Assembly (NCBI GenBank): GCA_027334165.1
Contig: DAHWXM010000019.1
Coordinates: 9,983 to 73,982, forward strand
DNA: 64,000 nt
Source: Candidatus Micrarchaeota archaeon
GTDB taxonomy: Archaea; Micrarchaeota; Micrarchaeia; Micrarchaeales; CABMGC01
Direction of reading: 5' to 3'
The translations under genes were made by a program, and so were the position numbers. Below the pieces are notes generated by a model, which saw only the letters and a list, made by a program, of their open reading frames with translations, searched no databases and was not told where the DNA came from. Below are positions 19,004 to 28,621 of this stretch, piece by piece (position 1 is the stretch's first letter; each line of letters opens with the position of its first letter).

Positions 19004-20087
19004 GCGTAAGGCATGGCTCTATCTGGAGGATGGTACAGTGATGGAGGGCAGGGGATTCGGCGGAACATCCAGACGTGGGGGAGAAGTCGTCTTCACCACG
19101 GCCATGAATGGATACCCAGAAAGCCTTACGGATCCTTCTTACCTGGGACAGATACTCATTATAACGCATCCACTCGTGGGAAACTATGGTGTCCCTAGTC
19201 CGAAATTTTTAAACGGCAGGCTACTGAACTTCGAAGCCGAAATGATAAGCGTCGAGGGACTTATCGTAAGCGAGCTTACTGAGGGCAGCAATTATGAGGA
19301 GAGAAAAAGCCTCGAATCATGGTTCATGGAAAGTAACGTCCCTGGGTTGTCGGGCATAGACACGCGAGAGCTGGTAAAAAAGATACGCGATAATGGAGTC
19401 ATGCGAGGAATTATCTCACAGGAAAAACTGTACCAACCGCTCGCAGAATTTGCATCCCAGGAACCGCTCTGCCTTGTCAAAAAGGCATCCGTCAGCCAAC
19501 CTATCGAATACGCGGGAAGTAGGAGAGGAAACATAGTCATTGTTGATCTTGGCGCGAAGCAGGGTATAGTAAACTGCCTTGCGGATACAGGATACACGAT
19601 AGTGAAGGTGCCGTACGATTCTGATGAAAACAGGATAATGAATTACGATCCGGTAGGCATCGTGTACAGCAATGGGCCCGGAAATCCCAATGAACTCAAA
19701 CGGCAGGCGGAAGAGCTATCAAAACTTCTAGAACGCAACATACCTACGCTTGGAATATGCCTTGGGCATCAGGTGGCAGTCTTGGCGCTTGGGGGTGAAG
19801 TTGAAAAGATGAAGTATGGTCATAGAGCCATCAACAAGGCGGTTCTTGAGCGAGGCAGCGGAAGATCTTACATCACAACGCATAACCACGGATACGCGGC
19901 GTCGGGAAAGGGCATAGACAAATCCGACGTCTGGTTTGTGAGCCCTGATGACGGAATCATAGAAGGCCTTCGAAGAGGGAACCTTATGACGACGCAATTC
20001 CATCCAGAAGCAAGGCCAGGACCGAGGGATACCGAATTCGTGTTCGGGCTTTTTGAAAAGATGATTGAAAATGCAAGACACCCTTAA
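18996..20087 (+). CDS. carA: Carbamoyl-phosphate synthase small (glutaminase) subunit
   Basis: GEVVFTT.MNGYPESLTDPSY, SNGPGNP, GICLGHQ, HNHGY, QFHPEARPGP. Confidence 0.96.
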   Translation: MAERKAWLYLEDGTVMEGRGFGGTSRRGGEVVFTTAMNGYPESLTDPSYLGQILIITHPLVGNYGVPSPKFLNGRLLNFEAEMISVEGLIVSELTEGSNYEERKSLESWFMESNVPGLSGIDTRELVKKIRDNGVMRGIISQEKLYQPLAEFASQEPLCLVKKASVSQPIEYAGSRRGNIVIVDLGAKQGIVNCLADTGYTIVKVPYDSDENRIMNYDPVGIVYSNGPGNPNELKRQAEELSKLLERNIPTLGICLGHQVAVLALGGEVEKMKYGHRAINKAVLERGSGRSYITTHNHGYAASGKGIDKSDVWFVSPDDGIIEGLRRGNLMTTQFHPEARPGPRDTEFVFGLFEKMIENARHP

Positions 20088-23000
20088 AAAGATTCTGATA
20101 ATAGGCTCCGGAGGGATAAAGATAGCTGAGGCTGCGGAATTCGATTACAGCGGAAGTCAGGCGCTCAAGGCTCTGAGGGAAGAGGGCATAGAAAGCGTAA
20201 TAGTGAATCCAAACATCGCAACGATACAGACAAGCAAGAACATGGCCGACAGGATTTACCTGCTTCCTGTGACCGGAGAATTCATAGAAAAAGTGATAGA
20301 GAAAGAAAGGCCGGATGGCATAATGGTAGGATTTGGGGGGCAGAGCGCACTTAACGCTGGCGTTGACCTTTACAAAAAAGGTGTGTTGGAAAGATACAAC
20401 GTCAGGATACTAGGAACAGATATCAAAAAAGTCGAGATAGCCCTTAGCCGAGAGCGCTTCAAGAATCGAATGAAGGAACTAGGAATAACGGTACCTCCGA
20501 GCATCTCCGCTTCCAGTCAGGAAGAAGCGGTGCGCGGAGCAAAAACGCTCAGGTATCCAATAATGATACGTGCAAGCTTCAGTCTTGGGGGGAGGGGATC
20601 AGTAATAGCGCGTAATGAAAAGGAACTTGTTGAAGGGCTAGACAAGGCCTTTGCGCAAAGCGGCACAGGAGAGATACTACTTGAGGAGCATCTCAGAGGC
20701 TGGAAGGAGATAGAGTATGAAGTGGTAAGGGATAGGCTCGGAAACTGTGCGGTCACCGCATGTATAGAGAATCTGGACCCGATGGGGATCCATACCGGGG
20801 AATCGATGGTTGTGACACCGCCCCAGACGCTCAACGACAACGATTATCAGAATATGAGAAGCGTCGCGATAAGAGTTGCGGAGGACATGAAACTTGTTGG
20901 AGAATGCAACGTTCAGTTCGCATTAAACCCTTCCAATGGTGAGTTCTGCGTCATAGAGACAAATCCGAGAATGTCGAGATCCAGCGCGCTGGCGAGCAAG
21001 GCAACGGGATACCCGCTTGCGTACGTGAGCGCAAAATTGGCGTTAGGCTACAGCTTGTATGAAATAAAGAATACCGTCTCGGGGTCGACGACGGCATGCT
21101 TTGAGCCCAGCCTTGACTACGTAACGATAAAGGCGGCAAGATGGGACATGGAGAAATTCGACGGAATTAGCAGAAGCTTGGGCACTGAAATGAAAAGCAC
21201 CGGTGAGATAATGAGCGTAGGCAGAGGCCTCGAAGAGGCGATGCAAAAGGCCGTGCGTATGCTGGACATCGGAGAACCGGGACTTGTCGGGGGGAAAATT
21301 TACGGCTCGATAGATTTGGACACAACGGACGTGTTGAGTGCACTCGAAGAAAAAATGCCTTATTGGTTTCTCTACGCTGCCCGGGCGATGAGGGATGGGA
21401 TCGGGACAGAGGAATTGCACGAAATCACACACGTGGACAGATTCTTCCTGAAAAAAATCGAGAAGGTAGTGAGATTTTACGAAAGCAACAAGGGCAAAAA
21501 ACTCGAGGGAGAAGATGCAGATATGGCAAGGCGCCTCGGCTTTTCTGAGTCGCAGTTAAGCATCGAATCGGCGATGCCGAAGATAAAAAGGATAGACACA
21601 GTTGCTGGAGAGTGGCCGGCAGACACCAATTATCTATATTCAACGTTTAACGGTAGCACAAGCGATTCCGCACCGGATAAGAGAGGAGGCGTGCTGGTTG
21701 TCGGGGCAGGGGGCTTCAGGATAGGAACGTCGCTTGAATTTGATTGGAGCACCGTATCACTTGTCAGGGGGTTCGGAGGGATGCGGAGAAGCGCCGTGCT
21801 CAACTGCAATCCAGAGACGGTTTCCACAGATTGGGATGAAATAGGGGAGTTGTATTTTGACGAGATAACTGAAGACACAGTTGCAAAAATATATTCGTAT
21901 GGAAAATTCGACAATGTTGCATTGTTTACAGCCGGACAGGCAGGAAACAACATAGCTACGGGACTTGAGAGGCGTGGTGTAAAGATCTACGGATCGTCGG
22001 CAAACGCAATCGACACTGCGGAAGACAGGGAGAAATTCTCCAGGCTTGCCGAGAGTATAGGTATACGCCAGCCGGATTGGATCGTGGCAGTATCAGCCGC
22101 GGAAGCGGAAAAATTCGCGGATTCTGTGGGATTCCCTGTAATAATAAGGCCAAGTTACGTGCTGAGCGGATCGGCAATGAAGAGAGTGAACAACAAGGAG
22201 GAATTGCACATGTACATCAGAAGCGCGGCGGAAGTTTCCAAAAAGCACCCGGTAGTGATTTCTAAGTATCTGGACAATAGCATTGAGGCAGAACTTGATT
22301 GCGCCGCGGACTCTAAGAACGTGATAGGGATAGGCATGACGCACATAGAGGAAGCAGGAGTGCACAGCGGTGACGCTACGATAGTTACACCTTGCACAAT
22401 TTCGGCTTACGGGATTATGAAGGAAGTCGCCCTAAGGCTTACTAACGAGATGGCTATACGCGGTCCATTCAACATACAGTTCGTGGTGAATGGCAATGAC
22501 GTGTACGTAATAGAGCTTAACCTAAGGGCAAGCAGGTCAATGCCATACTCTTCAAAAGCCGTAGGGATAAACCTGATAGAGCATGCGATAACTGGCATCG
22601 ATGGCGCGTTTGACTTTAATGGCTTTCACGAGCCAGAGCATGGCGCATACTTGGTGAAATCGCCGCAATTCTCTTGGAGCCAGCTGAGAGGGGCTTACCC
22701 GCATCTTGGCCCAGAGATGAGAAGTACAGGAGAAGTGGCCGCTTTCGGAAAGACAATCGATGATGCTCTCATAAAGAGCTGGCTTGGTGCAACGCCAAAT
22801 ATGGTTCCAAAATCAAAGGTGCTAGTATATGGCGTATCCAATGTGCATAACCTTGAGGTTGCGGCAAGAACCCTTGGATCGGAAAACACACTCACGCTTT
22901 CTGGAGCCGCGATAGATGATGCAGCAACGATCAGCGCAGACGAAGCAGTACGGATGATGAGAAGGAGGGAGATTGGCCTAGTGGCAACGGATGGAGATGT

Positions 23001-23142
23001 GCGAGGCATAGATTATACGGTACGCAGGGCTGCGGCAGACCTGAACACACCACTCGTGCTTAACGGGAAACTCGCCGAAAGGCTGGCTGGAGCGATGAGT
23101 GCTGAAGAAATCACGTGCATGGAGATGAGCGAATATAGTTAG
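20071..23142 (+). CDS. carB: Carbamoyl-phosphate synthase large subunit
   Basis: IIGSGGIKIAEAAEFDYSG, GWKEIEYEVVRD, IETNPRMSRSSALASKATG, second half NCNPETVSTD, RPSYVLSG, ELNLRASRS. Confidence 0.96.
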   Translation: MQDTLKKILIIGSGGIKIAEAAEFDYSGSQALKALREEGIESVIVNPNIATIQTSKNMADRIYLLPVTGEFIEKVIEKERPDGIMVGFGGQSALNAGVDLYKKGVLERYNVRILGTDIKKVEIALSRERFKNRMKELGITVPPSISASSQEEAVRGAKTLRYPIMIRASFSLGGRGSVIARNEKELVEGLDKAFAQSGTGEILLEEHLRGWKEIEYEVVRDRLGNCAVTACIENLDPMGIHTGESMVVTPPQTLNDNDYQNMRSVAIRVAEDMKLVGECNVQFALNPSNGEFCVIETNPRMSRSSALASKATGYPLAYVSAKLALGYSLYEIKNTVSGSTTACFEPSLDYVTIKAARWDMEKFDGISRSLGTEMKSTGEIMSVGRGLEEAMQKAVRMLDIGEPGLVGGKIYGSIDLDTTDVLSALEEKMPYWFLYAARAMRDGIGTEELHEITHVDRFFLKKIEKVVRFYESNKGKKLEGEDADMARRLGFSESQLSIESAMPKIKRIDTVAGEWPADTNYLYSTFNGSTSDSAPDKRGGVLVVGAGGFRIGTSLEFDWSTVSLVRGFGGMRRSAVLNCNPETVSTDWDEIGELYFDEITEDTVAKIYSYGKFDNVALFTAGQAGNNIATGLERRGVKIYGSSANAIDTAEDREKFSRLAESIGIRQPDWIVAVSAAEAEKFADSVGFPVIIRPSYVLSGSAMKRVNNKEELHMYIRSAAEVSKKHPVVISKYLDNSIEAELDCAADSKNVIGIGMTHIEEAGVHSGDATIVTPCTISAYGIMKEVALRLTNEMAIRGPFNIQFVVNGNDVYVIELNLRASRSMPYSSKAVGINLIEHAITGIDGAFDFNGFHEPEHGAYLVKSPQFSWSQLRGAYPHLGPEMRSTGEVAAFGKTIDDALIKSWLGATPNMVPKSKVLVYGVSNVHNLEVAARTLGSENTLTLSGAAIDDAATISADEAVRMMRRREIGLVATDGDVRGIDYTVRRAAADLNTPLVLNGKLAERLAGAMSAEEITCMEMSEYS

Positions 23143-23167
23143 GCTTGCAGATAGGAACGATGCGGAT

Positions 23168-24613
23168 TTATTTCACGCACATATAATTGGCCGGCAGGTA
23201 TATGGAAAATGCGGGGTACTTGAACTGCGCATACGTGCCAGGCATTAGACTCACACTCCCACCACAATAATCCTGTGCACTTATATTGTAGAACAACAAG
23301 AAGGGCATTCTAGCCACGGTGGAATTGCAATAGTATGGGGAATAGGTAGTCACGTTGTAATAATCCATGTATGGCCATGCGTTGGAAACTATAGAACAGC
23401 CGGAAATGCCAGTGCTCTTCAACGCGGAGACAGCATCGGAGAGCACAGGATTCTTGGAATCCACGCTGCCGTGTAGATTAAACCCCGAATGTGCCAAATT
23501 AAAACACGTTGCGATCATGAGGACCATGCTTGTGCCAAAGACCGCATATGGCATTGCCTTCTCGCTCGCGCGTTTTCCAAACAGCATCATGTTCCCAATT
23601 CGACTTCGGTCCAGAACAACGGCCACCAACATCGATGCGCTAAGATAAACTAGGAAGCCCAATCTTATCGCACCTTGCGCATTGTCGAATGAAAATGCAA
23701 ATCCTGCAATAGACAGCAGAAGAGATACAAACAATATCGTAATCCCGCGTTCCGCGATGAACTCATGCGTCCTTATGCTGCGCCTTAATTTTTTACCATC
23801 ATTTAGCCGATGCGCTGCCCAAAAACATGCAGCCACTGCCAAGACCATAGCAAGTATCACAATGGGATACCAGAGCACCAAGCCGAGCATATTTGCGAAT
23901 GCACCGAGTCCGAGGCTTTGCTGCTGGGTTTCGGCCAGCTGCAGGAAGTAGCTTTGAAGAGGATCTCCGAAAATGGCCCAGTTCACTGCAAGCCATGGTA
24001 ATGTCACAAGGGCGAACATGCATAGTGAGCGTACTGTGCTCCGACGCTTTCCTACGAATAACAGCATAGGCAAGAGGGCTAGCCCAACGTATTTTGACAG
24101 GCCTGCCAGGCCTACCAGTATGCCGGCTTCAGATCTCTTGGCCACTATAAGCCCCATTGCCAGCATGGAAAAACTTGCCGCCAATATTTCATTGCCGTTG
24201 TAGAGTACAGTGTAGCTTATAACATAAGGGCTTGCCATTATTGAAGAAAGCATCAGTGGATCCACGTTCAGTGATTTTGCAGTAGCATACGCGGCCAGAA
24301 ACAGCATGGCCATTAGGAAGAGAAGGTATGCCGGTAACGCCAGGTTACCCGCAAATAGTATAAACGCGGCGAGGAGGAGGGATGGAAGTGGCTCCCATAC
24401 GCCATCGAAATAGAAGTTCTTGCCAACACTTAGTGCATGGGCAGGATTTATCGCATGGCCAAAGCCTTCTGCAACGGACCTTCCATTCAGATAGTGCGAT
24501 ATGAAGTCCCATCCAACACCGTTTGTTCTATACACGCCAAGGATCGCAACCGAGCTTATTGTGAATAGGATTATGCCGCCCAGTGCCTTGTACACATTCA
24601 TTGAATATACCAT
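23168..24613 (-). CDS. Multi-pass membrane protein, probable GT-C glycosyltransferase
   Basis: First-loop WDF.SH acidic motif, GILVGLAGLSKY, PWL..NW.IFGDP, about 11 TM helices, C-terminal soluble domain with SNAWP. Confidence 0.65.
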   Translation of the reverse strand: MVYSMNVYKALGGIILFTISSVAILGVYRTNGVGWDFISHYLNGRSVAEGFGHAINPAHALSVGKNFYFDGVWEPLPSLLLAAFILFAGNLALPAYLLFLMAMLFLAAYATAKSLNVDPLMLSSIMASPYVISYTVLYNGNEILAASFSMLAMGLIVAKRSEAGILVGLAGLSKYVGLALLPMLLFVGKRRSTVRSLCMFALVTLPWLAVNWAIFGDPLQSYFLQLAETQQQSLGLGAFANMLGLVLWYPIVILAMVLAVAACFWAAHRLNDGKKLRRSIRTHEFIAERGITILFVSLLLSIAGFAFSFDNAQGAIRLGFLVYLSASMLVAVVLDRSRIGNMMLFGKRASEKAMPYAVFGTSMVLMIATCFNLAHSGFNLHGSVDSKNPVLSDAVSALKSTGISGCSIVSNAWPYMDYYNVTTYSPYYCNSTVARMPFLLFYNISAQDYCGGSVSLMPGTYAQFKYPAFSIYLPANYMCVK

Positions 24614-24818
24614 GACTTGGTCTCCTCATTCTCCTCGTCTACTCTTACACAGGTGTGTTTTATAGCCTTTAACATGCATCGTGCACGGAACAAGACCGGA
24701 ATTAGGATGTTAATGTATGAAGTTCGGGATAACATTTCAGTTGCACGTGTCAGCTTGAATTGAACGCCACGCAAAGGCTTAAATTGGCGTGAACCGCATC
24801 AGTCTTGATCTACGATTA

Positions 24819-25700
24819 ATGGCAATGGCCAGGGATAGCGTGAGACTGCAATCTGCGATGGAGTACCTGATGACCTACGGATGGGCGATACTCGTCATCG
24901 CGGTCGTCCTGGGCGTGCTGTACTCCATAGGCGTGTTCAACCCCTCAAATTTCGCGCCGAAGGCGCAGTCCGGATCGTGCCAGGTGTTCAGGCCGAACGG
25001 TCCGGGAACGAGTTATGACTTGAATCTGGAAGGAACGTGCAACGGTGAGCTGCCACAGTACGTTGCCTACTTCAACGGGCAGTCATATTTTCAAATGTCA
25101 TCAAACCAGTACGTGCCAATAGAAGGCAATGCAGTGACTATAACCGCATGGATAAACCCTTCACAGACGTCAAGTGTGGGACAGGTGGTCAGTGTCGGGG
25201 GAAATGCATGGAATTACCTTATTGAAACAGGGACCGAATTCAGCTTCTGTCTCATAGCAAGCAATGGCGGGGGCACTTGCGTGGTGAATCCGAAGCCCCT
25301 GCGGAGTAACACATGGTACTTTGTGGCGGGGGGATACAATCCGTCAGACACTACGGCTTTTGCGTATATCGATGGTTCCTTGGAGACAAGCAACTTCGGT
25401 ACGATGTCCTACGAGCCGCCATACCAAACGGTCAGGATAGGAACATCGCAATCTGGCACGATACAGTTCTTCTCCGGCATGATAGCCAACGTGCAGGTGT
25501 ACAATGCAACCCTTTCCGGGGATGATGTGAATGCACTTTATGCGGAGGGAATAGGTGGCGCGCCGATAAAACCGCAGAATCTCGTGGGATGGTGGCCGTT
25601 GAACGGAGATGGGAATGACTACTCAGGGAACTTAAATGGCGGTACGGGACACAATGTAGAATTTAGCGGCAGTTGGCTTGGAGCGTACGCGACCACGTGA
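24819..25700 (+). CDS. Class III signal peptide (pilin-like) protein with LamG/concanavalin-like domain
   Basis: VRL|QSAMEYLMTYGWAILVIAVVL N-terminus; VTITAWIN, WYFVAG.Y, YIDG, F.GMIANVQVYN, LVGWWPLNG LamG motifs. Confidence 0.88.
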   Translation: MAMARDSVRLQSAMEYLMTYGWAILVIAVVLGVLYSIGVFNPSNFAPKAQSGSCQVFRPNGPGTSYDLNLEGTCNGELPQYVAYFNGQSYFQMSSNQYVPIEGNAVTITAWINPSQTSSVGQVVSVGGNAWNYLIETGTEFSFCLIASNGGGTCVVNPKPLRSNTWYFVAGGYNPSDTTAFAYIDGSLETSNFGTMSYEPPYQTVRIGTSQSGTIQFFSGMIANVQVYNATLSGDDVNALYAEGIGGAPIKPQNLVGWWPLNGDGNDYSGNLNGGTGHNVEFSGSWLGAYATT

Positions 25701-25724
25701 ACCATAAACATGTGCGAGTTTGTG

Positions 25725-25810
25725 TGCAGGGGGAGAGATTTGAACTCTCGCATCCGATAAGGAAGCGGGTCCTAAGCCCGTCGCATTTGGCCAGGCTCTG
25801 CCACCCCTGC
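25725..25810 (-). tRNA. tRNA-Leu (anticodon TAG), intronless, no encoded CCA
   Basis: Reverse complement: GCAGGGG acceptor, D-arm, CGGG-CTTAGGA-CCCG anticodon arm, long variable arm, GAGAG-TTCAAAT-CTCTC T-arm, CCCCTGC-A. Confidence 0.95.
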
Positions 25811-25871
25811 AGCAGATAGCAATTTGCTGTTTAAGGTATTTATACTTGCTTATGCAAGAATATGTGATGGG

Positions 25872-27170
25872 ATGATAACCACAAGATACGTAAGAGAACA
25901 CGTAAAAGAGATAGAAGAATCCATGGGCAAACGTCATTCGGATTATCCCATCTCAGAACTCATGGAACTTGATGAAAAAGGCAGGAGGGTAAACACTGAA
26001 TTGCAGGAACTACGCGCCGAGAGGAACACCGGAAGCCTCGAAATAGCGAAGATGAAGAAAGAGGGTAAGGCAATCGATAAAGAAAAACTCGATGGACTTG
26101 CAAAAATCAAGGATGACATAGAAAGGAAAGAGCAGGAGTTCGCAATGGATCAGGCGAGAATCGAGCACCTGCTCATGAACATGCCAAATACATTGCATCA
26201 GAGCGTTCCGTTCGGAAAAGACTCTGGTGAAAACGTTGAAATTAGGAAATGGGGCACGCCGCGGCGCAGTGCTTCCAAGAACCACGTAGACTTACTCAAA
26301 GACCTCGGACTGCTAGACCTGGAGACCGCCGCAAAAGTTTCAGGGGCGCGGTTCTACTACCTGAAGGGCGACCTTGCGCTTCTCGAACAGGCCCTAATAC
26401 GTTTCTCCATAGACATAATGGTCAGTAAAGGATACGTGCTCGTATCACCGCCGCTGATGCTGAAAAAGAAGTACTATCAAGGAGCTACGGCGTTGGGTGA
26501 TTTCGAGGAAGCGCTTTACAGGGTGTCCGAACCTAGCGAGGTGCAGGGAGCATCTAACCTGGAAAGGATAGAGGATGAACTGTTCCTGATAAGCACATCG
26601 GAGCACCCCATGGCGGCACTGGTCGCGGAAAATGTGTACTCCACCAGGGAACTTCCGATAAAGTATGTCGGAATAAGTCCATGCTTCAGGCGCGAGGCTG
26701 GCGCGCATGGAAAAGACACAAAGGGTATATTCAGAGTGCACCAGTTCTACAAGGTAGAGCAATTCGTTGTGTCAAAACAGGAGGATTCATGGGCGCTTTT
26801 TGAGGACATGATGAAGAACTCCGAGGAGATCTTCCAGAAGCTCGGTCTTCACTACAGGATAGTTAACATATGTACGGGAGACATAGGGATCGTTGCTGCG
26901 AAGAAGTACGATCTCGAGGTGTACATGCCTTCCAGTGGTGAATATCGCGAGCTCGTATCGTGCTCCAACTGCACAGACTGGCAGTCCCTAAGGCTGGACA
27001 TAAAGTACGATGAGGGCGGCAAGCGCAGTTATGCGCACACACTCAACTCCACAGTAAGTGCGATTGAAAGGCTCATAGTGGCGATAGTCGAGAACTATTC
27101 GAACGACGACGGAAGCATAACGGTGCCGGATGCTCTAGTCAAGTACATGGGCAAGAGCAAAATAGGCTGA
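25872..27170 (+). CDS. serS: Seryl-tRNA synthetase
   Basis: N-terminal coiled coil, SGARFYYL, ISTSEHP, CFRREAG, RVHQFYKVE, ELVSCSNCTD, HTLNST. Confidence 0.96.
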   Translation: MITTRYVREHVKEIEESMGKRHSDYPISELMELDEKGRRVNTELQELRAERNTGSLEIAKMKKEGKAIDKEKLDGLAKIKDDIERKEQEFAMDQARIEHLLMNMPNTLHQSVPFGKDSGENVEIRKWGTPRRSASKNHVDLLKDLGLLDLETAAKVSGARFYYLKGDLALLEQALIRFSIDIMVSKGYVLVSPPLMLKKKYYQGATALGDFEEALYRVSEPSEVQGASNLERIEDELFLISTSEHPMAALVAENVYSTRELPIKYVGISPCFRREAGAHGKDTKGIFRVHQFYKVEQFVVSKQEDSWALFEDMMKNSEEIFQKLGLHYRIVNICTGDIGIVAAKKYDLEVYMPSSGEYRELVSCSNCTDWQSLRLDIKYDEGGKRSYAHTLNSTVSAIERLIVAIVENYSNDDGSITVPDALVKYMGKSKIG

Positions 27171-27182
27171 CGGGGGAGTGGG

Positions 27183-28379
27183 ATGAAGAAGGAATATGAC
27201 GTTATAAGGGATATAAAGCGTCTGCGTGGCGTACGTGGCTACGGTACCGAATTGATAAGTATATACGTGCCTGCAGGGTACCAGATAACAGAGGAGATAT
27301 CAAGGCTTAGGCAGGAGCATAGCGAATCGGGAAATATCAAGTCCAAATCGACCAGGACAAACGTACAGAGCGCCATTGACAAGATAATACAGTACCTCAG
27401 GCTGTTCAGGGAGACCCCGAAGAATGGATTGGTGGTATTCTGCGGCAACATATCGAAGAATGCCGGAAAAGTGGACATAGAGCTATTCTCGATAGAACCT
27501 CCCCTGCCACTCAAGGTTAACATCTACAGGTGCGATTCCACGTTTCTGCTTGGACCTATAGAGGAGATGGTCGGCTCGAAGGACATGTATGCACTTGTGG
27601 TAATGGATGGTAGAGAAGCCACAATAGCGACGCTGAAAGGTTCCCACATACAGGTCATAAAGAAACTGAATTCTATGGTGCACGCCAAGGTAAGAAAGGG
27701 TGGACAGTCTGCCGCAAGATATGAGCGAGTTATAGAAGAGAGCATAGGGGAGTACTACACTCGTGTATCTGAAGTGGTAAACTCGACTTTCATGCAGAAC
27801 CAATTCAAGCTAAAGGGGCTCATCGTGGGCGGGCCTGGACCCACAAAAGAAAACTTCGCGAAGTCAAACACGCTCAACTACCAGGTAAAGATACTTGGTG
27901 TGTACGATACGGGATACACCGATGAATACGGACTGAGTGAGCTTGTTGAGAAGGCCGCAGACCTTCTCAAGGAGCAGGAAGCCTTCCAGGAAAGAAAGAT
28001 CGTTGAGAGATTCAAGCAGGAGATCGTTAGAGGCGGACTTGCTGCGTATGGTTATGAGAATACGAAAAAAGCGCTGGAGAACAACCAGGTCAGCCTTCTC
28101 ATACTGAACGATGAGCTCGAGATACACGAAGTCAAGTACAAGTGCAATTCCTGCAACCAGGTCTTCGACGCGGTTGAGATAGGGGAGGGCAGGAAGACAA
28201 AGCACGAATGCGGAGGTAATCTCACAATAGTTGAGGAGCATGATGCACTTGGCGACCTGATAGACATTGCCGATAATGGAGGAGTCGAAACGGTGTTCAT
28301 ATCAAGCGAGAGCTCGTACGGCAAAGAATTCCTTTTTGGCTTCAGCGGCATAGGGGTCTTGCTAAGGTATAAGAGTTAG
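27183..28379 (+). CDS. prf1: Peptide chain release factor aRF1
   Basis: GTELISIY, NIKS, YRCD, GGQS motifs. Confidence 0.96.
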   Translation: MKKEYDVIRDIKRLRGVRGYGTELISIYVPAGYQITEEISRLRQEHSESGNIKSKSTRTNVQSAIDKIIQYLRLFRETPKNGLVVFCGNISKNAGKVDIELFSIEPPLPLKVNIYRCDSTFLLGPIEEMVGSKDMYALVVMDGREATIATLKGSHIQVIKKLNSMVHAKVRKGGQSAARYERVIEESIGEYYTRVSEVVNSTFMQNQFKLKGLIVGGPGPTKENFAKSNTLNYQVKILGVYDTGYTDEYGLSELVEKAADLLKEQEAFQERKIVERFKQEIVRGGLAAYGYENTKKALENNQVSLLILNDELEIHEVKYKCNSCNQVFDAVEIGEGRKTKHECGGNLTIVEEHDALGDLIDIADNGGVETVFISSESSYGKEFLFGFSGIGVLLRYKS

Positions 28380-28436
28380 CAAAGTAACAAGAAACCCGAG
28401 AAAGATTTATAAATATGATTCATCTCATCTATTTTG

Positions 28437-28599
28437 GCGTTTAGAGCATATTCTATTTATCCTTCCCCACCCTCTAAACGCTTTTATCCTTCATTTCAGC
28501 AAATAAGTATTATCACTAATACTCGCGATTTCTCACGTTCCGGCATCCGGAACACGCGCACCACAAACGGTGGCACGTTTCATGCCATGCTTTATAAAG
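28437..28599. promoter_or_regulatory. Cluster of inverted repeats upstream of lonB (candidate ncRNA or operators)
   Basis: GCGTTTAGAG/CTCTAAACGC (28437-28446/28472-28481), AGTATTA-N4-TAATACT (28506-28523), GTTCCGG-N3-CCGGAAC (28537-28553), TGGCA-N7-TGCCA (28571-28587), CTTTATAAAG (28590-28599). Confidence 0.45.
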
Positions 28600-28621
28600 T
28601 TTTAAGTGAGATTGAATTACC

